Shown here one piece after another: positions 19,331 through 29,211 of a stretch of DNA of 64,000 nucleotides. The stretch lies in NCBI GenBank assembly GCA_050944155.1, contig JBMNQN010000003.1:47250-111249 (forward strand). The letters are read 5' to 3'. The translations under genes were made by a program, and so were the position numbers. The first letter of the stretch is position 1. Each line of letters starts with the position of its first letter. The stretch is from Candidatus Methanomethylophilaceae archaeon. Its GTDB lineage: Archaea > Thermoplasmatota > Thermoplasmata > Methanomassiliicoccales > Methanomethylophilaceae. The notes under the pieces are model-generated. The model was not told where the DNA came from and did not search any database. It saw nothing but the letters and a program-made list of their open reading frames with translations.

Positions 19331-21367
19331 ATGTTCCGGCGTCTTCTCACCGTGGCGGTTCTTGCGCTCGTACTGATTCCCGGGTTATGTTCCGTATGCG
19401 ATGAATCCGAAGGTTCTCCGGGAAGCATACTGATTACAGAAGTTCAGCCCAAAGGAGCCGAAGGTTTCACTCTGCATAATTACGGGGCGGATGCCGACCT
19501 GAAGGGATACGAACTTTCGGACGGCGAAGGCAGAATAATTTTCACGGAAACGCTGATGCTGGGTCATTCGGAATCACTTACTTTTTCTTTCGATACGGAT
19601 ACTCCGCACACATTCGTAAGCAGACCCGCAGAAGATTTCGTTCCCACTCTCGTCGGAACGCACGGAACGGTGAAAAGCGGAAATTTCAGATTGGCCGACA
19701 ACGGAGACAGTCTCAGTCTTTATTCCCCAGACGGCAGACTTCTGGATACCGTCTGCTGGGGAAACGGAAATGCGGACGGATGGACCGGGGACGGAACTCC
19801 CGTTCCCTCCAAGCACAGGTATTTGGTCAGAATTTCGGAAAAAGATACGGACACATCCGAAGATTGGTGTATTTCCCGTCCCGGAATGACCGATGTAGCT
19901 TTTGGAGAGTCTCCCGTATTCGTAGGTGATGTTACTCCTTTTATGTTTCCGGAATGCCGCGGAATTCCGGTAACAGACGCAATCCGTTCCGCCGAAAAGG
20001 AGATACTGGTTTCGATGTACATGCTTACAAGTTCCGATGCGGTATCGGCGCTGTGCGAAGCGGCGGAAAAGGGAGTTTCGGTAACCGTTCTTCTGGAGGG
20101 TTCTCCTCTGGGCGATGCGGATACGGCGATAAGGGAGAGAATGCTGATGAAAAATCTCACCGACGCCGGCGGAACCGTAAGGCTGATCAACGACGGAAAC
20201 GCGTCCGGAGACCTGGGAAGCCGTTTTCGTTACCTGCACACGAAATATGCGGTAATCGACGGAAACACCGTCATAATAACGTCGGAAAACTGGACCGATT
20301 CCAATTTCGGAAAAGGTACCGGAAACAGAGGATGGGGCGCGGTAATCCGCAGTGCAGAGTATGCGGAATTCATGAAAAACATATTTCTGAACGACAGCAG
20401 CAAAGTTTTCGGAGACTGCTGCGATATGACGGAACTGTATCCTTTTCAGAAACCGTGTACGTTGTTTCCTGATTACGACCGCGGGGAATATCCGTGCGAA
20501 ACGTACTACGGATGCGAAATCATACCCGTACTTTCTCCCGACAATTCCTACGCATATCTGGAATCTTTATTCGGAAATGCCGAAAAACGCATTTACGCCG
20601 AACAGATGAACATAAGTACGGACTACGGGGGAGCGGACCCCAGGTCTCCGGTTTCTTGGATGGTCGATGCATCTTCGCGTGGAGCCGACTGCAGACTGAT
20701 TCTGGATACATGGTCGGATAATGGTACAAATAATTCCGAAATCAACTATCTGAACACAGCAACGGAAGTCAAAGCCGCAGGCATCCCGGGAGGCGAAGAT
20801 TTCGGTCTGACCCACAACAAAGGCGTCATATCCGACGGATACGTCTGGCTGGGTTCGGTTAATTGGACCGAGACTTCCTTTTTCGCCAACAGAGAAGCTG
20901 CCGTAATCATAGATTCGGAAGAAGTTTCGGATTATTTTTCGGAATATTTCCTGAAAGATTGGAAAAACAGCTATTCTTTCGGAGGAATAAAAGCGGAACT
21001 CGTACGTCCCGAAATCATAAACGGAGGGACGGGTCTGTTCTCCCTGTCCGTGACTCCCGCCGGGGATTACGAATATTGCTGGGATGTGTACGGCGACGGA
21101 ACATATGTGAGAAACACGGGAATTCCCAAAATGATTTACGAGAATCTTTCGCCGGGTACGCATACGATGAAAGTTACGGTATCCGATCCGAAAACGGGAA
21201 TTTCCGAGGAATCGGTTTTCGAATATTCCGTTTCGGAAAACGGAAAATCGGAAACACACATCTTAAATGGACACCTGCCGTATTTGGCCGTGGCGGGAGC
21301 GGCATCCGCGGCGATTGCCGGCCTGCTGAAAACCGGAGGCGGAACGGAACGGAAAAAATACCGGTGA
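19331..21367 (+). CDS. Exported phospholipase D-family protein with N-terminal lamin-tail-like domain, PKD-like domain and C-terminal anchor
   Basis: Signal peptide; ILITEV; two HxK motifs (HTKYAVID, HNKGVISD); GSVNW; C-terminal hydrophobic segment. Confidence 0.88.
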   Translation: MFRRLLTVAVLALVLIPGLCSVCDESEGSPGSILITEVQPKGAEGFTLHNYGADADLKGYELSDGEGRIIFTETLMLGHSESLTFSFDTDTPHTFVSRPAEDFVPTLVGTHGTVKSGNFRLADNGDSLSLYSPDGRLLDTVCWGNGNADGWTGDGTPVPSKHRYLVRISEKDTDTSEDWCISRPGMTDVAFGESPVFVGDVTPFMFPECRGIPVTDAIRSAEKEILVSMYMLTSSDAVSALCEAAEKGVSVTVLLEGSPLGDADTAIRERMLMKNLTDAGGTVRLINDGNASGDLGSRFRYLHTKYAVIDGNTVIITSENWTDSNFGKGTGNRGWGAVIRSAEYAEFMKNIFLNDSSKVFGDCCDMTELYPFQKPCTLFPDYDRGEYPCETYYGCEIIPVLSPDNSYAYLESLFGNAEKRIYAEQMNISTDYGGADPRSPVSWMVDASSRGADCRLILDTWSDNGTNNSEINYLNTATEVKAAGIPGGEDFGLTHNKGVISDGYVWLGSVNWTETSFFANREAAVIIDSEEVSDYFSEYFLKDWKNSYSFGGIKAELVRPEIINGGTGLFSLSVTPAGDYEYCWDVYGDGTYVRNTGIPKMIYENLSPGTHTMKVTVSDPKTGISEESVFEYSVSENGKSETHILNGHLPYLAVAGAASAAIAGLLKTGGGTERKKYR

Positions 21368-21813
21368 TAATCAGACAAACCGAAGAGGAAAATCTGAACG
21401 ATGTGTATTCGCTCGCACTGCGCAGTCTCGACGAGTATTTCGTTCCGGAAATTTTCGATTACTTTATGCGCCAGTGGAGAAGGGGGCAGCTTGTCGCCTG
21501 TCTGCCTACGGGTAAGATAATCGGTTTCATCGTCGGTTCTCTGCTGGGTTCGGGAAGGGCGGCAGTATCCCTGTTTGCGGTCGACGAGAGATACAGAGGA
21601 ATGGGAGTGGGCACAAAGCTTCTTTCTTCTTTGAGACAGCGGGCTCTCATGGAGGGAATAACGACCATTCAGCTCGAACTGCGCACCGAAAACGAGAGAG
21701 CCCTGGCATTTTACCGCAGGAACGGATTTGCCGAAGTCGAGTATCTTCCGGGGTTTTACAACGACGGAGGGGACGGAATAAGGATGATTGGCCCCGTCCG
21801 CACGGAAACGTGA
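21364..21813 (+). CDS. GNAT acetyltransferase, RimI-like
   Basis: GTG start overlapping the PLD stop; AVDERYRGMGVG, N..ALAFYRRNGF, FYNDG.DG. Confidence 0.88.
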   Translation: MIIRQTEEENLNDVYSLALRSLDEYFVPEIFDYFMRQWRRGQLVACLPTGKIIGFIVGSLLGSGRAAVSLFAVDERYRGMGVGTKLLSSLRQRALMEGITTIQLELRTENERALAFYRRNGFAEVEYLPGFYNDGGDGIRMIGPVRTET

Positions 21814-21878
21814 TTTCGTAGTTTGGTAAATCCGATACTTATAATTATAGTTAACACCATTAAGGTCTGAGGTGTTTT

Positions 21879-22565
21879 ATGGAAGAAAACTGCAACTGTG
21901 AAAGAATTCCCCTCATAGGGGAAGACGCGCCTGCATTCAAAGCAAACACTACCGAGGGGCCCATAAACTTCCCGGCCGACTATAAGGGAAAGTGGGTGAT
22001 TCTCTTCTCCCACCCGGCTGACTTTACGCCCGTGTGTTCCACCGAATTCATGACGTTCGCAGCCATGGCCGAAGACTTCAAGGCACTCAACACGTACCTT
22101 ATCGGTCTCTCCGTGGACTCTATCCACTCCCACATCGCGTGGCTCAGGACCCTTACGGACATGAAGTGGGGAGCCAAGAAGAAAGGCGTAGCCGTTAAAT
22201 TCCCGCTGATCGACGACGTCAGTATGGAGGTTGCGACCAAATACGGAATGATTCACGACAAAACCGGAACTTCCGCGGTCCGTGCGACATTCATCATCGA
22301 TCCCAACGGAAAGATAAGGACCATCCTCTACTACCCGGCAAGCACCGGACGTAACATGGAAGAAATCAAGAGGATTGTCATCGCGCTTCAGAAAGCAGAC
22401 AAGGACAAGTGCGCCACACCCGCCAACTGGCAGCCCGGAAAGGATGTAATCATTCCTGCTCCCGGAACCCGCGGCGGTGCCGAAGAGCGCGCGGGTTCGA
22501 AGTCCGAGGACGGTATGTACTGCTACGACTGGTTCCTCTGCTTCCGCCGCGAAAAGAAACAGTAA
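21879..22565 (+). CDS. Peroxiredoxin (Prx6/archaeal type)
   Basis: FSHPADFTPVCSTE, GRN..EI.R, ATPANW, DWFLC; GAGGTG SD. Confidence 0.95.
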   Translation: MEENCNCERIPLIGEDAPAFKANTTEGPINFPADYKGKWVILFSHPADFTPVCSTEFMTFAAMAEDFKALNTYLIGLSVDSIHSHIAWLRTLTDMKWGAKKKGVAVKFPLIDDVSMEVATKYGMIHDKTGTSAVRATFIIDPNGKIRTILYYPASTGRNMEEIKRIVIALQKADKDKCATPANWQPGKDVIIPAPGTRGGAEERAGSKSEDGMYCYDWFLCFRREKKQ

Positions 22566-22568
22566 AAC

Positions 22569-22616
22569 AAAAAAAGGGGGAATTTCCCCCTCAATTTTTT
22601 TTAAAGGATTTTTTTT
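22569..22616. terminator. Bidirectional terminator between convergent prx and lon-like genes
   Basis: A-tract, AGGGGG-AATTT-CCCCCT hairpin, then T-tracts. Confidence 0.75.
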
Positions 22617-24136
22617 CAGTTGAACATACTGTCGTCCGGAACGTGTTCGTTCTGGAAATAGTACGGAGACGATTCCTTCTGGGCGCTCGTTACGTCCTGG
22701 GACAGTCCCTTTGTGTACGAACCGTACCGTTCGTTAATCTGGGCTTCCACGGGCATGGAACGTTTCAGAGCCTTCTTTACGTGAGCTGCCGTTATCAGCG
22801 GTTCTTCCTCGGTGACGGCGATGTCTCCGGCGGCACGCACGAGTCCCCCCATCTCTCTGAGTCTCAGAGTGAGGGAATTGTTCTGGCCGTCCTTTTTGGC
22901 TCTGCGGCGTCCTTCGGTGATGAGTTCCTCTACCGCGTCTATATCGGCATGGGGAATCCTTCCGTCCTTCTGAACTTCCTGGGCGACGAACTGTGCGTAT
23001 TTGGCACGGTTTCTGTCGCTGTCCTTCATCGCTATGTCGACGAGAACCTCGTAACCGTTTCCTATGATTCTGGATCTCAGGGGAGACAGAATCTTCTCGA
23101 TGTCCTGAATGTTGCATGCGGCCACGAGAATGAAATCGCAGGGGACGCCGTCCACTCTCACGCTGGCACCCGCCGATTGGGGGTTGTGGCCCGTAATCGG
23201 GAAGGTTTTATCCTGCATGGCGGTGAGAATATACCTCTGAAGGTTGCCCAGGTGGGAAATCTCGTCTATGAAGAGAACTCCCTCGTGGGCTTCGTGTATC
23301 GCTCCCGCGGTAACCCTTTCGTAAGCGGGAGTACCGAGTTTTTCGTGTCCGCCGTAGGGGTCGTGGAGAACGTCTCCCAGAAGTTCCGTTTCGGAGGAAC
23401 CGGTTGCCATGACGAACGGATTCCTTTCCAGTTTCACAAGAATTTTTTTGTTCTTGGTTCCCTGAAGCTGGCTTCTTTTTTCCAGTGCCTTCTGGTCCAG
23501 CATTCTTATCATGTTCCCGGCTCTCTCGAAAACGACGGTTTCTTCGGTTCCGTCGGCGAGGGTGCGGGTAGTGTTCACCCGGTCTTTCCCGGCCATGGGC
23601 TGCTGTCCGTTGAGGGATTCCATCAGGTTTCCGAAAATGTCCGCGAAGGGCATGTTGCCGGAAACCTCTATTTTCGAAGTCTGGCAGACGGGACAGTTAA
23701 GGTCGGACGGGCCGGAATACGCTCCGCATTTCCTGCATCTGTATCCCAGTCTTTCCGCAACGTTCTGAGGCGCCTTTTCGGGATCGATGAGCTTCCCCAC
23801 GGTCTCCGCGGTAAGAGTCTGTTCCCTTTTCACTTCGTCTTCGTCGGCAATTTCGAGAAGAGGTCTTTCGCTGTTTTCCGGATTTTTGACTACTCTGATT
23901 TCCTGTTTCGGAAGAGGCAGATTCATGGTCAGAGCCTGAGCTATCATGGATTTGCCGGTTCCCGGCGGACCCACGAGCAGAAGGTTCCTGCGCTGCCCGG
24001 CGGCAATCTTTGCCATCTCTATTGCCGTTTCCTGCCCCAGAACCCTGTCCAGAGGGTCTGAGGGCAGAAGGATTTCTTCCGTAGAAACCATGGAAGCTAC
24101 GTCGTCCCAGGTTTCTGCGGACCTCTTCTCGGTCAT
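22616..24136 (-). CDS. LonB-like AAA+ ATPase lacking the TM insert and the protease domain
   Basis: VLGQE.A, GPPGTGKS, LLGDV.HDPYG, GAIHEAHEGVLFIDE, QSAGA.V, LRLREMGGLVR; CxxC...CxxC insert; ends at 506 aa. Confidence 0.88.
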   Translation of the reverse strand: MTEKRSAETWDDVASMVSTEEILLPSDPLDRVLGQETAIEMAKIAAGQRRNLLLVGPPGTGKSMIAQALTMNLPLPKQEIRVVKNPENSERPLLEIADEDEVKREQTLTAETVGKLIDPEKAPQNVAERLGYRCRKCGAYSGPSDLNCPVCQTSKIEVSGNMPFADIFGNLMESLNGQQPMAGKDRVNTTRTLADGTEETVVFERAGNMIRMLDQKALEKRSQLQGTKNKKILVKLERNPFVMATGSSETELLGDVLHDPYGGHEKLGTPAYERVTAGAIHEAHEGVLFIDEISHLGNLQRYILTAMQDKTFPITGHNPQSAGASVRVDGVPCDFILVAACNIQDIEKILSPLRSRIIGNGYEVLVDIAMKDSDRNRAKYAQFVAQEVQKDGRIPHADIDAVEELITEGRRRAKKDGQNNSLTLRLREMGGLVRAAGDIAVTEEEPLITAAHVKKALKRSMPVEAQINERYGSYTKGLSQDVTSAQKESSPYYFQNEHVPDDSMFN

Positions 24137-24146
24137 GGGAATTCCC

Positions 24147-25559
24147 TCAGTAGAAGTCTTCCTTTGCCCAGAGAGTCATTTCGGCAGGCATTTTGGAAAT
24201 CTTGCCTTTGCGCGTTGCGACAATGGTCTCTATGCCCTTCTCCGCGCTTACGTCAACGATTCTTTGGGATATGACTCCGTCGAACACCACGGAAGAAACT
24301 TCGTCTTCCGCTTCCTTGAGTGTGTCGTAAATCGCTTTGGCGGCTATCTCCTTTATCACGTTTCTGTCGGCGTCGAAGAGTTTCGCGTTGTGGGTGGAAG
24401 CCATCTCGCTGAGCACGTCCCTGTAGAATATCTGCTCCTCGGTGAGGACTTTTTCGGAACGGGGGCTCTTTTTGGCGCGGAGGGTTCTGGCAGGCTTGGT
24501 TTCCGAAGGTTCGTCGGTTTCTTCTTCCTGCTGTTCTTCCTTCTGATCGTCGGCTTCGTCCTTTTTGTGCGCCGCATCTTTCTTCTTGAACTTCTCGGCG
24601 GCTTCGGAGCTGAATCTTTCCCTCTTCGAGTGGGATTTTTCTTCTTTCTTCCCGTTGTGGTCCCCGTTTTCTCTGCGGGCGGGTTTGGTTTCCTCGTCGG
24701 TTTCGTCCCTGTCGAGGGGAACGGCAGTGATTCCGTTCATTTCCATGTACTGTTCGGCGGGAATCTTGTTGCGGAGGCACTTAACCAGCTGTTTCTGGGT
24801 AAGTTCTTCGACTTCCTGCGCACGGGGAGCCCTTGCGACGAAGTCCACTTCGGCAACCTGGAAAAGTTCCTTGAGAATGAGTTCTCCTCCCCTGTCTCCG
24901 TCCACGAATGCGGTTACGGTCTTCTTTCTGGAAAGATCCTGTATGGTTTTCGGAATGTCGGTGCCTTCGACGGCTATGGCGTTTTTGATTCCGGACCTGA
25001 GACAGTTGAGAACGTCGGATCTTCCTTCCACGACGATTATGGCGTCCGCGTCTTCCACGTTGGGTCCCGCGGGGCACTTGTCTTTGCCGTAGGACGTGAT
25101 TTCTTCGACCTGAATGCTCTTTCTTATGCTGTCGGTAATGTCGGAGCAGGAATCTTTGGAGTTCTTTATGAGTTCGACGATGAGTTCTTTGGCACGTTCT
25201 ATGACTTTTTCCCTCTTCACGACTCTGACGTCTTCGATGCTAATCACTTTGATGGAAGCTTTGCACGGACCTACGCGGTCTACGGTTTCCAGCGAAGACG
25301 CGATGATGGCGGTCTCCACCTGATCGAGACTCGAAGACATTATTACGGTTCCTTCGGACCTTCCGCCTTTCGAAGTCACTTCGGCTTCGATGCGGCCGAT
25401 TCTTCCGGTTTTCTGAAGTTCTCTGAGATCGAGTTCGTCGCCGAGCAATCCCTCGGTCTGACCGAAAATGGCACCGACTACGTCGGGTTTTTCAACAACG
25501 CCGTCGGCGTTTATCTTGGCTTTGACCAAATATTTGGTCGATGTCGGATCTGCGTACAT
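24147..25559 (-). CDS. dnaG: Archaeal DnaG-type primase / exosome-associated protein
   Basis: GVVEKPDVVGAIFGQTEGLLG, TOPRIM VVEGRSDV and DGDRGG; start at MYADP. Confidence 0.95.
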   Translation of the reverse strand: MYADPTSTKYLVKAKINADGVVEKPDVVGAIFGQTEGLLGDELDLRELQKTGRIGRIEAEVTSKGGRSEGTVIMSSSLDQVETAIIASSLETVDRVGPCKASIKVISIEDVRVVKREKVIERAKELIVELIKNSKDSCSDITDSIRKSIQVEEITSYGKDKCPAGPNVEDADAIIVVEGRSDVLNCLRSGIKNAIAVEGTDIPKTIQDLSRKKTVTAFVDGDRGGELILKELFQVAEVDFVARAPRAQEVEELTQKQLVKCLRNKIPAEQYMEMNGITAVPLDRDETDEETKPARRENGDHNGKKEEKSHSKRERFSSEAAEKFKKKDAAHKKDEADDQKEEQQEEETDEPSETKPARTLRAKKSPRSEKVLTEEQIFYRDVLSEMASTHNAKLFDADRNVIKEIAAKAIYDTLKEAEDEVSSVVFDGVISQRIVDVSAEKGIETIVATRKGKISKMPAEMTLWAKEDFY

Positions 25560-25750
25560 TGTGATACATCCCTTGCGGGAACGCAATACCGCCCTGCTCA
25601 GCTCTTTTCGTTCCGAAGACGGAACATTCCGTCTGCGACCTCGTAAATTCCGCCTTTCTGCGGAAGTCCGGTTTTTGGCCTGCGGCTCGGTCTCTCCGAC
25701 GGAGCCGCTCTTTGATAGTGAATCAGTGAACAGGGAATATGCATTCCCTT
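25560..25750 (-). other. Highly structured putative 5' leader or ncRNA upstream of dnaG
   Basis: Five hairpins between TATA-like TTATAT (~25774-79) and the dnaG start; see findings. Confidence 0.5.
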
Positions 25751-25782
25751 ATATTCCTCGATGCACACTAAGCATATAATGA

Positions 25783-27951
25783 TTATGCATCCATGCCGCG
25801 GACGTCCGCTCCCACTGCCTTCATGAATTCGGCGGTTTCTTTATCGCAGGTGAACAGGATGATCTGCATGTCCTTTGCCGCTTCCGCTATGGCTTTGCAG
25901 GCGCCCATCTTTCTTTCGGAGTCGAAAACCAGAAGAACGTCGTCCAGGAGAACCGGAAGTTTTTCTTTGGAAAGTTCTTTGGCCACGGCGAGTTTCAGCG
26001 AAAGGCATACCTGAGCCGCCAGCCCCGAACTCCATTTTCCTCCGTCCTTCACTTCGGAACCTTCCCTGACCGCAACGTCTTTCACGCGGGGGTCGGTCTC
26101 CATCCTGTATCTTCCTCCCGTCATCATTTCCAGATAGCGGTCGGCGGTTTCGATTATTCCCGGTTGCATTTCTTCGTAAATGGTTCCGCATGCCCGGTCC
26201 GACAGGGTTTTTTCCGCCGAAAGAACAATCCACTCTCTGACCTCCCTGTCGAGTCTCGCTCTGAGAGAAGCTTCCCTGTCGTAGAGACGTTCGATATCCG
26301 TATCGGAAAGAACGGCCTTTATTTCGCCGTCTCTTCTGGTGATTTCCTTCACCAGTTCTTCTATTCTTTCCGAATAATCTTCCGCGGGTTCTTCGGGAAC
26401 CTCTTCGGAAGAGATTCCCGCGTCGTTCAGAATATTTCTTATGTTTTCTGCCTCGGCTTTCCATGCTTCCGAATTTTTTCTCAGAGCGTACAGCCTTCTC
26501 AGCTCTTCTTCCGAACCATAGGGAGCGAGATACGCATTAAGCTCGTTCGCGGCGTCCGCGTGTCTGGTTTCCGCTTCTTTGAATCTTGCGGCCGCCTTTT
26601 CGGCGCCGTCGCACGCGTTAAGAAGCCTTGCAAGAGCGCGCACGTCGTTCCCGAAAGAAGTTCTCCGGAAGAGTATGCCGGACGCGGTGCGGTTAAGCAG
26701 GGTTTCCAGATTTTCTATTTCCGTTTCGGTTTCCGAAATAAGCCGGTCCGTATCTTCGCCCGGTTTTTCGTATTTTTCAGCGGATTCTTTTCCTTGGGAT
26801 TTCGAAACCAAAAGTACGATGGAAACCGCCGCGAGGACTATGCCGACTACCGTAAGAACAACGGTACTGAAGGTGACTCCCGCCATCATGATTGCTATGG
26901 ACGCCACCAGAATCGCGGTGTACGGAGCAATGTTATTCTTTCCGGCGGGATGCGGTTTCGTTTCGACGGACGCCTCCTTTTTCTTTCTGCGGAGAGATTC
27001 CAGATTTCTTACGGTGCTTTCGTAAGCTCCGATGTTTTCGTTCAGTTTCAGAATGTCTTCCTTTCTGGATGCAATCAGGGCCGCATCCGCTCCGTCCAAA
27101 TCGTCCCGGGCGGTTTTCAACTCTGCTTCGGCGGCGTTTTTCTGTTCCGCAAGCTGTTTTTCTTTCAGGGAAAGCCTGTTGAACGTTTCCAGTGTTTCCG
27201 GGGCTCTGTCCGCTTCGGCGGCCCCTTCCATGAGTTTTTTCAATTCTCCGAGCCGTTCGATGGACTTTTCCTGATCTTTGCGTTTTTCTATCTTTGCGTT
27301 CACGGCAACCGATTCGGCCTGTTTTCCGCGCAGCGATTCCAGTTCGGATTCCAGCCTTTTTTTCTCTTCGCCGAGACCTGCGAGTCCGGATTCTATCCTT
27401 TTCGCTTCTTCTATCTTCGCGCGGACGGAATCCAGCTCTTCCTCGGTCTGACCGATTCCTTTGGTTTTGGATATTCTTTTCTCGGAGAGAAGGTTGCTCA
27501 TCTCCGTATCTATGGCCGAGGTGATTTCGGGCATGTTCTCTCCTCCGGGAACGGTAAGGAATCTGCGTCTGATGTCTCCGCTGCTTACTATCCCGGTGTC
27601 CACCAATTCTTCCGGACCCATGGCGTAAACGCCTTTGTACGTACCGGCATCGATTCCCGAAGCGATCGCGGCCATTTTCCCGTCGGAATCGGCTTTGTTT
27701 CTGTTCCGTCTGATTGTGAATTTTTCGCCGGAATCGGTGATGCAGTCGATTTCGCCGTGTTCGAGGCCTGTAGTTTCAGGATATCTTTTTCTCTCGGAAG
27801 CCGGGAACAGAGTGGTTCTGATGAACTCTTTCAGTGTGGTTTTTCCGCTTTCGTTCTTTCCTTCGAAAACGGTAAGCTCGTCGGAGAAGTCGGCGTAATC
27901 ACGGTTGACGCTTTTTCCGAAAAGATGTATGCGTACGTTTTTAATTCTCAT
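25783..27951 (-). CDS. Rad50/SbcC-like coiled-coil ATPase (YhaN type) with internal TM hairpin
   Basis: GKNESGKTT, long coiled coils, two central hydrophobic helices, WSSG signature, LLDDVLLVFD, LFTC. Confidence 0.85.
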   Translation of the reverse strand: MRIKNVRIHLFGKSVNRDYADFSDELTVFEGKNESGKTTLKEFIRTTLFPASERKRYPETTGLEHGEIDCITDSGEKFTIRRNRNKADSDGKMAAIASGIDAGTYKGVYAMGPEELVDTGIVSSGDIRRRFLTVPGGENMPEITSAIDTEMSNLLSEKRISKTKGIGQTEEELDSVRAKIEEAKRIESGLAGLGEEKKRLESELESLRGKQAESVAVNAKIEKRKDQEKSIERLGELKKLMEGAAEADRAPETLETFNRLSLKEKQLAEQKNAAEAELKTARDDLDGADAALIASRKEDILKLNENIGAYESTVRNLESLRRKKKEASVETKPHPAGKNNIAPYTAILVASIAIMMAGVTFSTVVLTVVGIVLAAVSIVLLVSKSQGKESAEKYEKPGEDTDRLISETETEIENLETLLNRTASGILFRRTSFGNDVRALARLLNACDGAEKAAARFKEAETRHADAANELNAYLAPYGSEEELRRLYALRKNSEAWKAEAENIRNILNDAGISSEEVPEEPAEDYSERIEELVKEITRRDGEIKAVLSDTDIERLYDREASLRARLDREVREWIVLSAEKTLSDRACGTIYEEMQPGIIETADRYLEMMTGGRYRMETDPRVKDVAVREGSEVKDGGKWSSGLAAQVCLSLKLAVAKELSKEKLPVLLDDVLLVFDSERKMGACKAIAEAAKDMQIILFTCDKETAEFMKAVGADVRGMDA

Positions 27952-29128
27952 CGGATGCCTCCTCTATTCTCCTCAGAAGACTGAATTCCGCATCTTTTAT
28001 TACGGAAACAAGCTCCTCGGGACTCATTTCCGAAACGTATCCGGCAAGATGATTCTGGGATGCCGAAGTGGAAAGCAGAATCTCTCTGATTTCTTCGGGG
28101 CTTTTTTCCGAAAGAGATTCGGCGGTTTCGGCTATTTTGGACTGCAGAGTCATGTTTCCCGTTTCCGGAACGTATTCCGGACGGGACCCGAAAACCACGG
28201 ATTCGACTATGCATCCGCTTCTCATGGAAACGGCCTTCGCGAAACCGTCCGGATCCGACCTGAGAACGCTGTCCAGCGTCCCCCTTCCGGTTACGTTAAG
28301 TCTTACGATTTTGTTTCCGTCGAGACCGGCCGAAACCGATTCCACCAATTCCGCATAGTTTTTCCCGGTTATGTCGCAGCCGACGGTATCCCATACGAAT
28401 TTCTGTGTGGGGATGAACTTCAGATCGGTTACCGAATCCCCGGAAACGGTGACAAGATACGCGCCTTTTTCTCCGCTCTCTTTCACATGTCTTCCCTGGG
28501 AGTTTCCCGGATAGACCACATAGGGACGTTCGGAAATGATTTCCCGTTTGTGTATGTGGCCCAGAGCCCAGTACTGCACGTTTTTGAACGTGAGGTCGGT
28601 AAGTCTGCAGGGTGCGTAGTAGGAATCTCCCCTTCCGTCCACGTCGCAGTGCACGCAGGCGACAGTGAAAATTCCCGGAGTCCCGTCAAGTTTTGCGGCA
28701 AGATTTTCTTTTTCGCTTATTCTCTGGAAGCTTATGCCGACTATTTCCGCGGTGCCTCCGTTCTTCAGGTTAAGCGTTACGGATTCCGGTTCGGTGTCGA
28801 AAACGTGAACGTTGTCCGGCACGGGTACGGCATCTTCCCACGAAGTTCTGTAATCGTGGTTTCCTCTGGCTACGAAACACGGAATCGAAGCGCGCTCCAG
28901 TTCGGAAAAAAATCTCATACGGGTTACGGGAGACACCTTTTCCGAATCGAATACGTCTCCGGAAACGACCATGAAATCGGCATTTTCCGAAATTGCCGAA
29001 TCGACTATTCCGGAAAAGGAATCAAACGCGGATTCCGTCAGTTTTCTCGCCAGATCCGGGTCTTCGATGCCGACGAATCTGCTACCCAAATGCAGATCCG
29101 CGCAATGGATAAACTTGAAATCGGACAC
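27941..29128 (-). CDS. Mre11/SbcD-like metallophosphoesterase nuclease (YhaO type)
   Basis: HCADLHLG, SGDVFD, GNHD, YWALGHIH, YPGNSQGR. Confidence 0.9.
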   Translation of the reverse strand: MSDFKFIHCADLHLGSRFVGIEDPDLARKLTESAFDSFSGIVDSAISENADFMVVSGDVFDSEKVSPVTRMRFFSELERASIPCFVARGNHDYRTSWEDAVPVPDNVHVFDTEPESVTLNLKNGGTAEIVGISFQRISEKENLAAKLDGTPGIFTVACVHCDVDGRGDSYYAPCRLTDLTFKNVQYWALGHIHKREIISERPYVVYPGNSQGRHVKESGEKGAYLVTVSGDSVTDLKFIPTQKFVWDTVGCDITGKNYAELVESVSAGLDGNKIVRLNVTGRGTLDSVLRSDPDGFAKAVSMRSGCIVESVVFGSRPEYVPETGNMTLQSKIAETAESLSEKSPEEIREILLSTSASQNHLAGYVSEMSPEELVSVIKDAEFSLLRRIEEASDEN

Positions 29129-29211
29129 GGTTTCTAAGAGGACTGCGTTCTTTATAAAGTGTCGCAGGGGGTCGTCGAAAGTGAACCGTGCCCGTTTTTC
29201 CGCCGTTATGT

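Noticed and set aside
21838-21850. TATAATTATA palindrome upstream of peroxiredoxin as a PerR box
   Set aside because: Coincides with the expected TATA box position; cannot be distinguished from a plain promoter.
22409-27984. Long antisense ORFs (550, 566 and 606 aa) opposite lon-like, dnaG and yhaN-like genes; similar ones at 11597, 51907, 58455 and 60562
   Set aside because: They mirror well-supported genes and have no motifs; explained by codon bias leaving few stops on the reverse strand.
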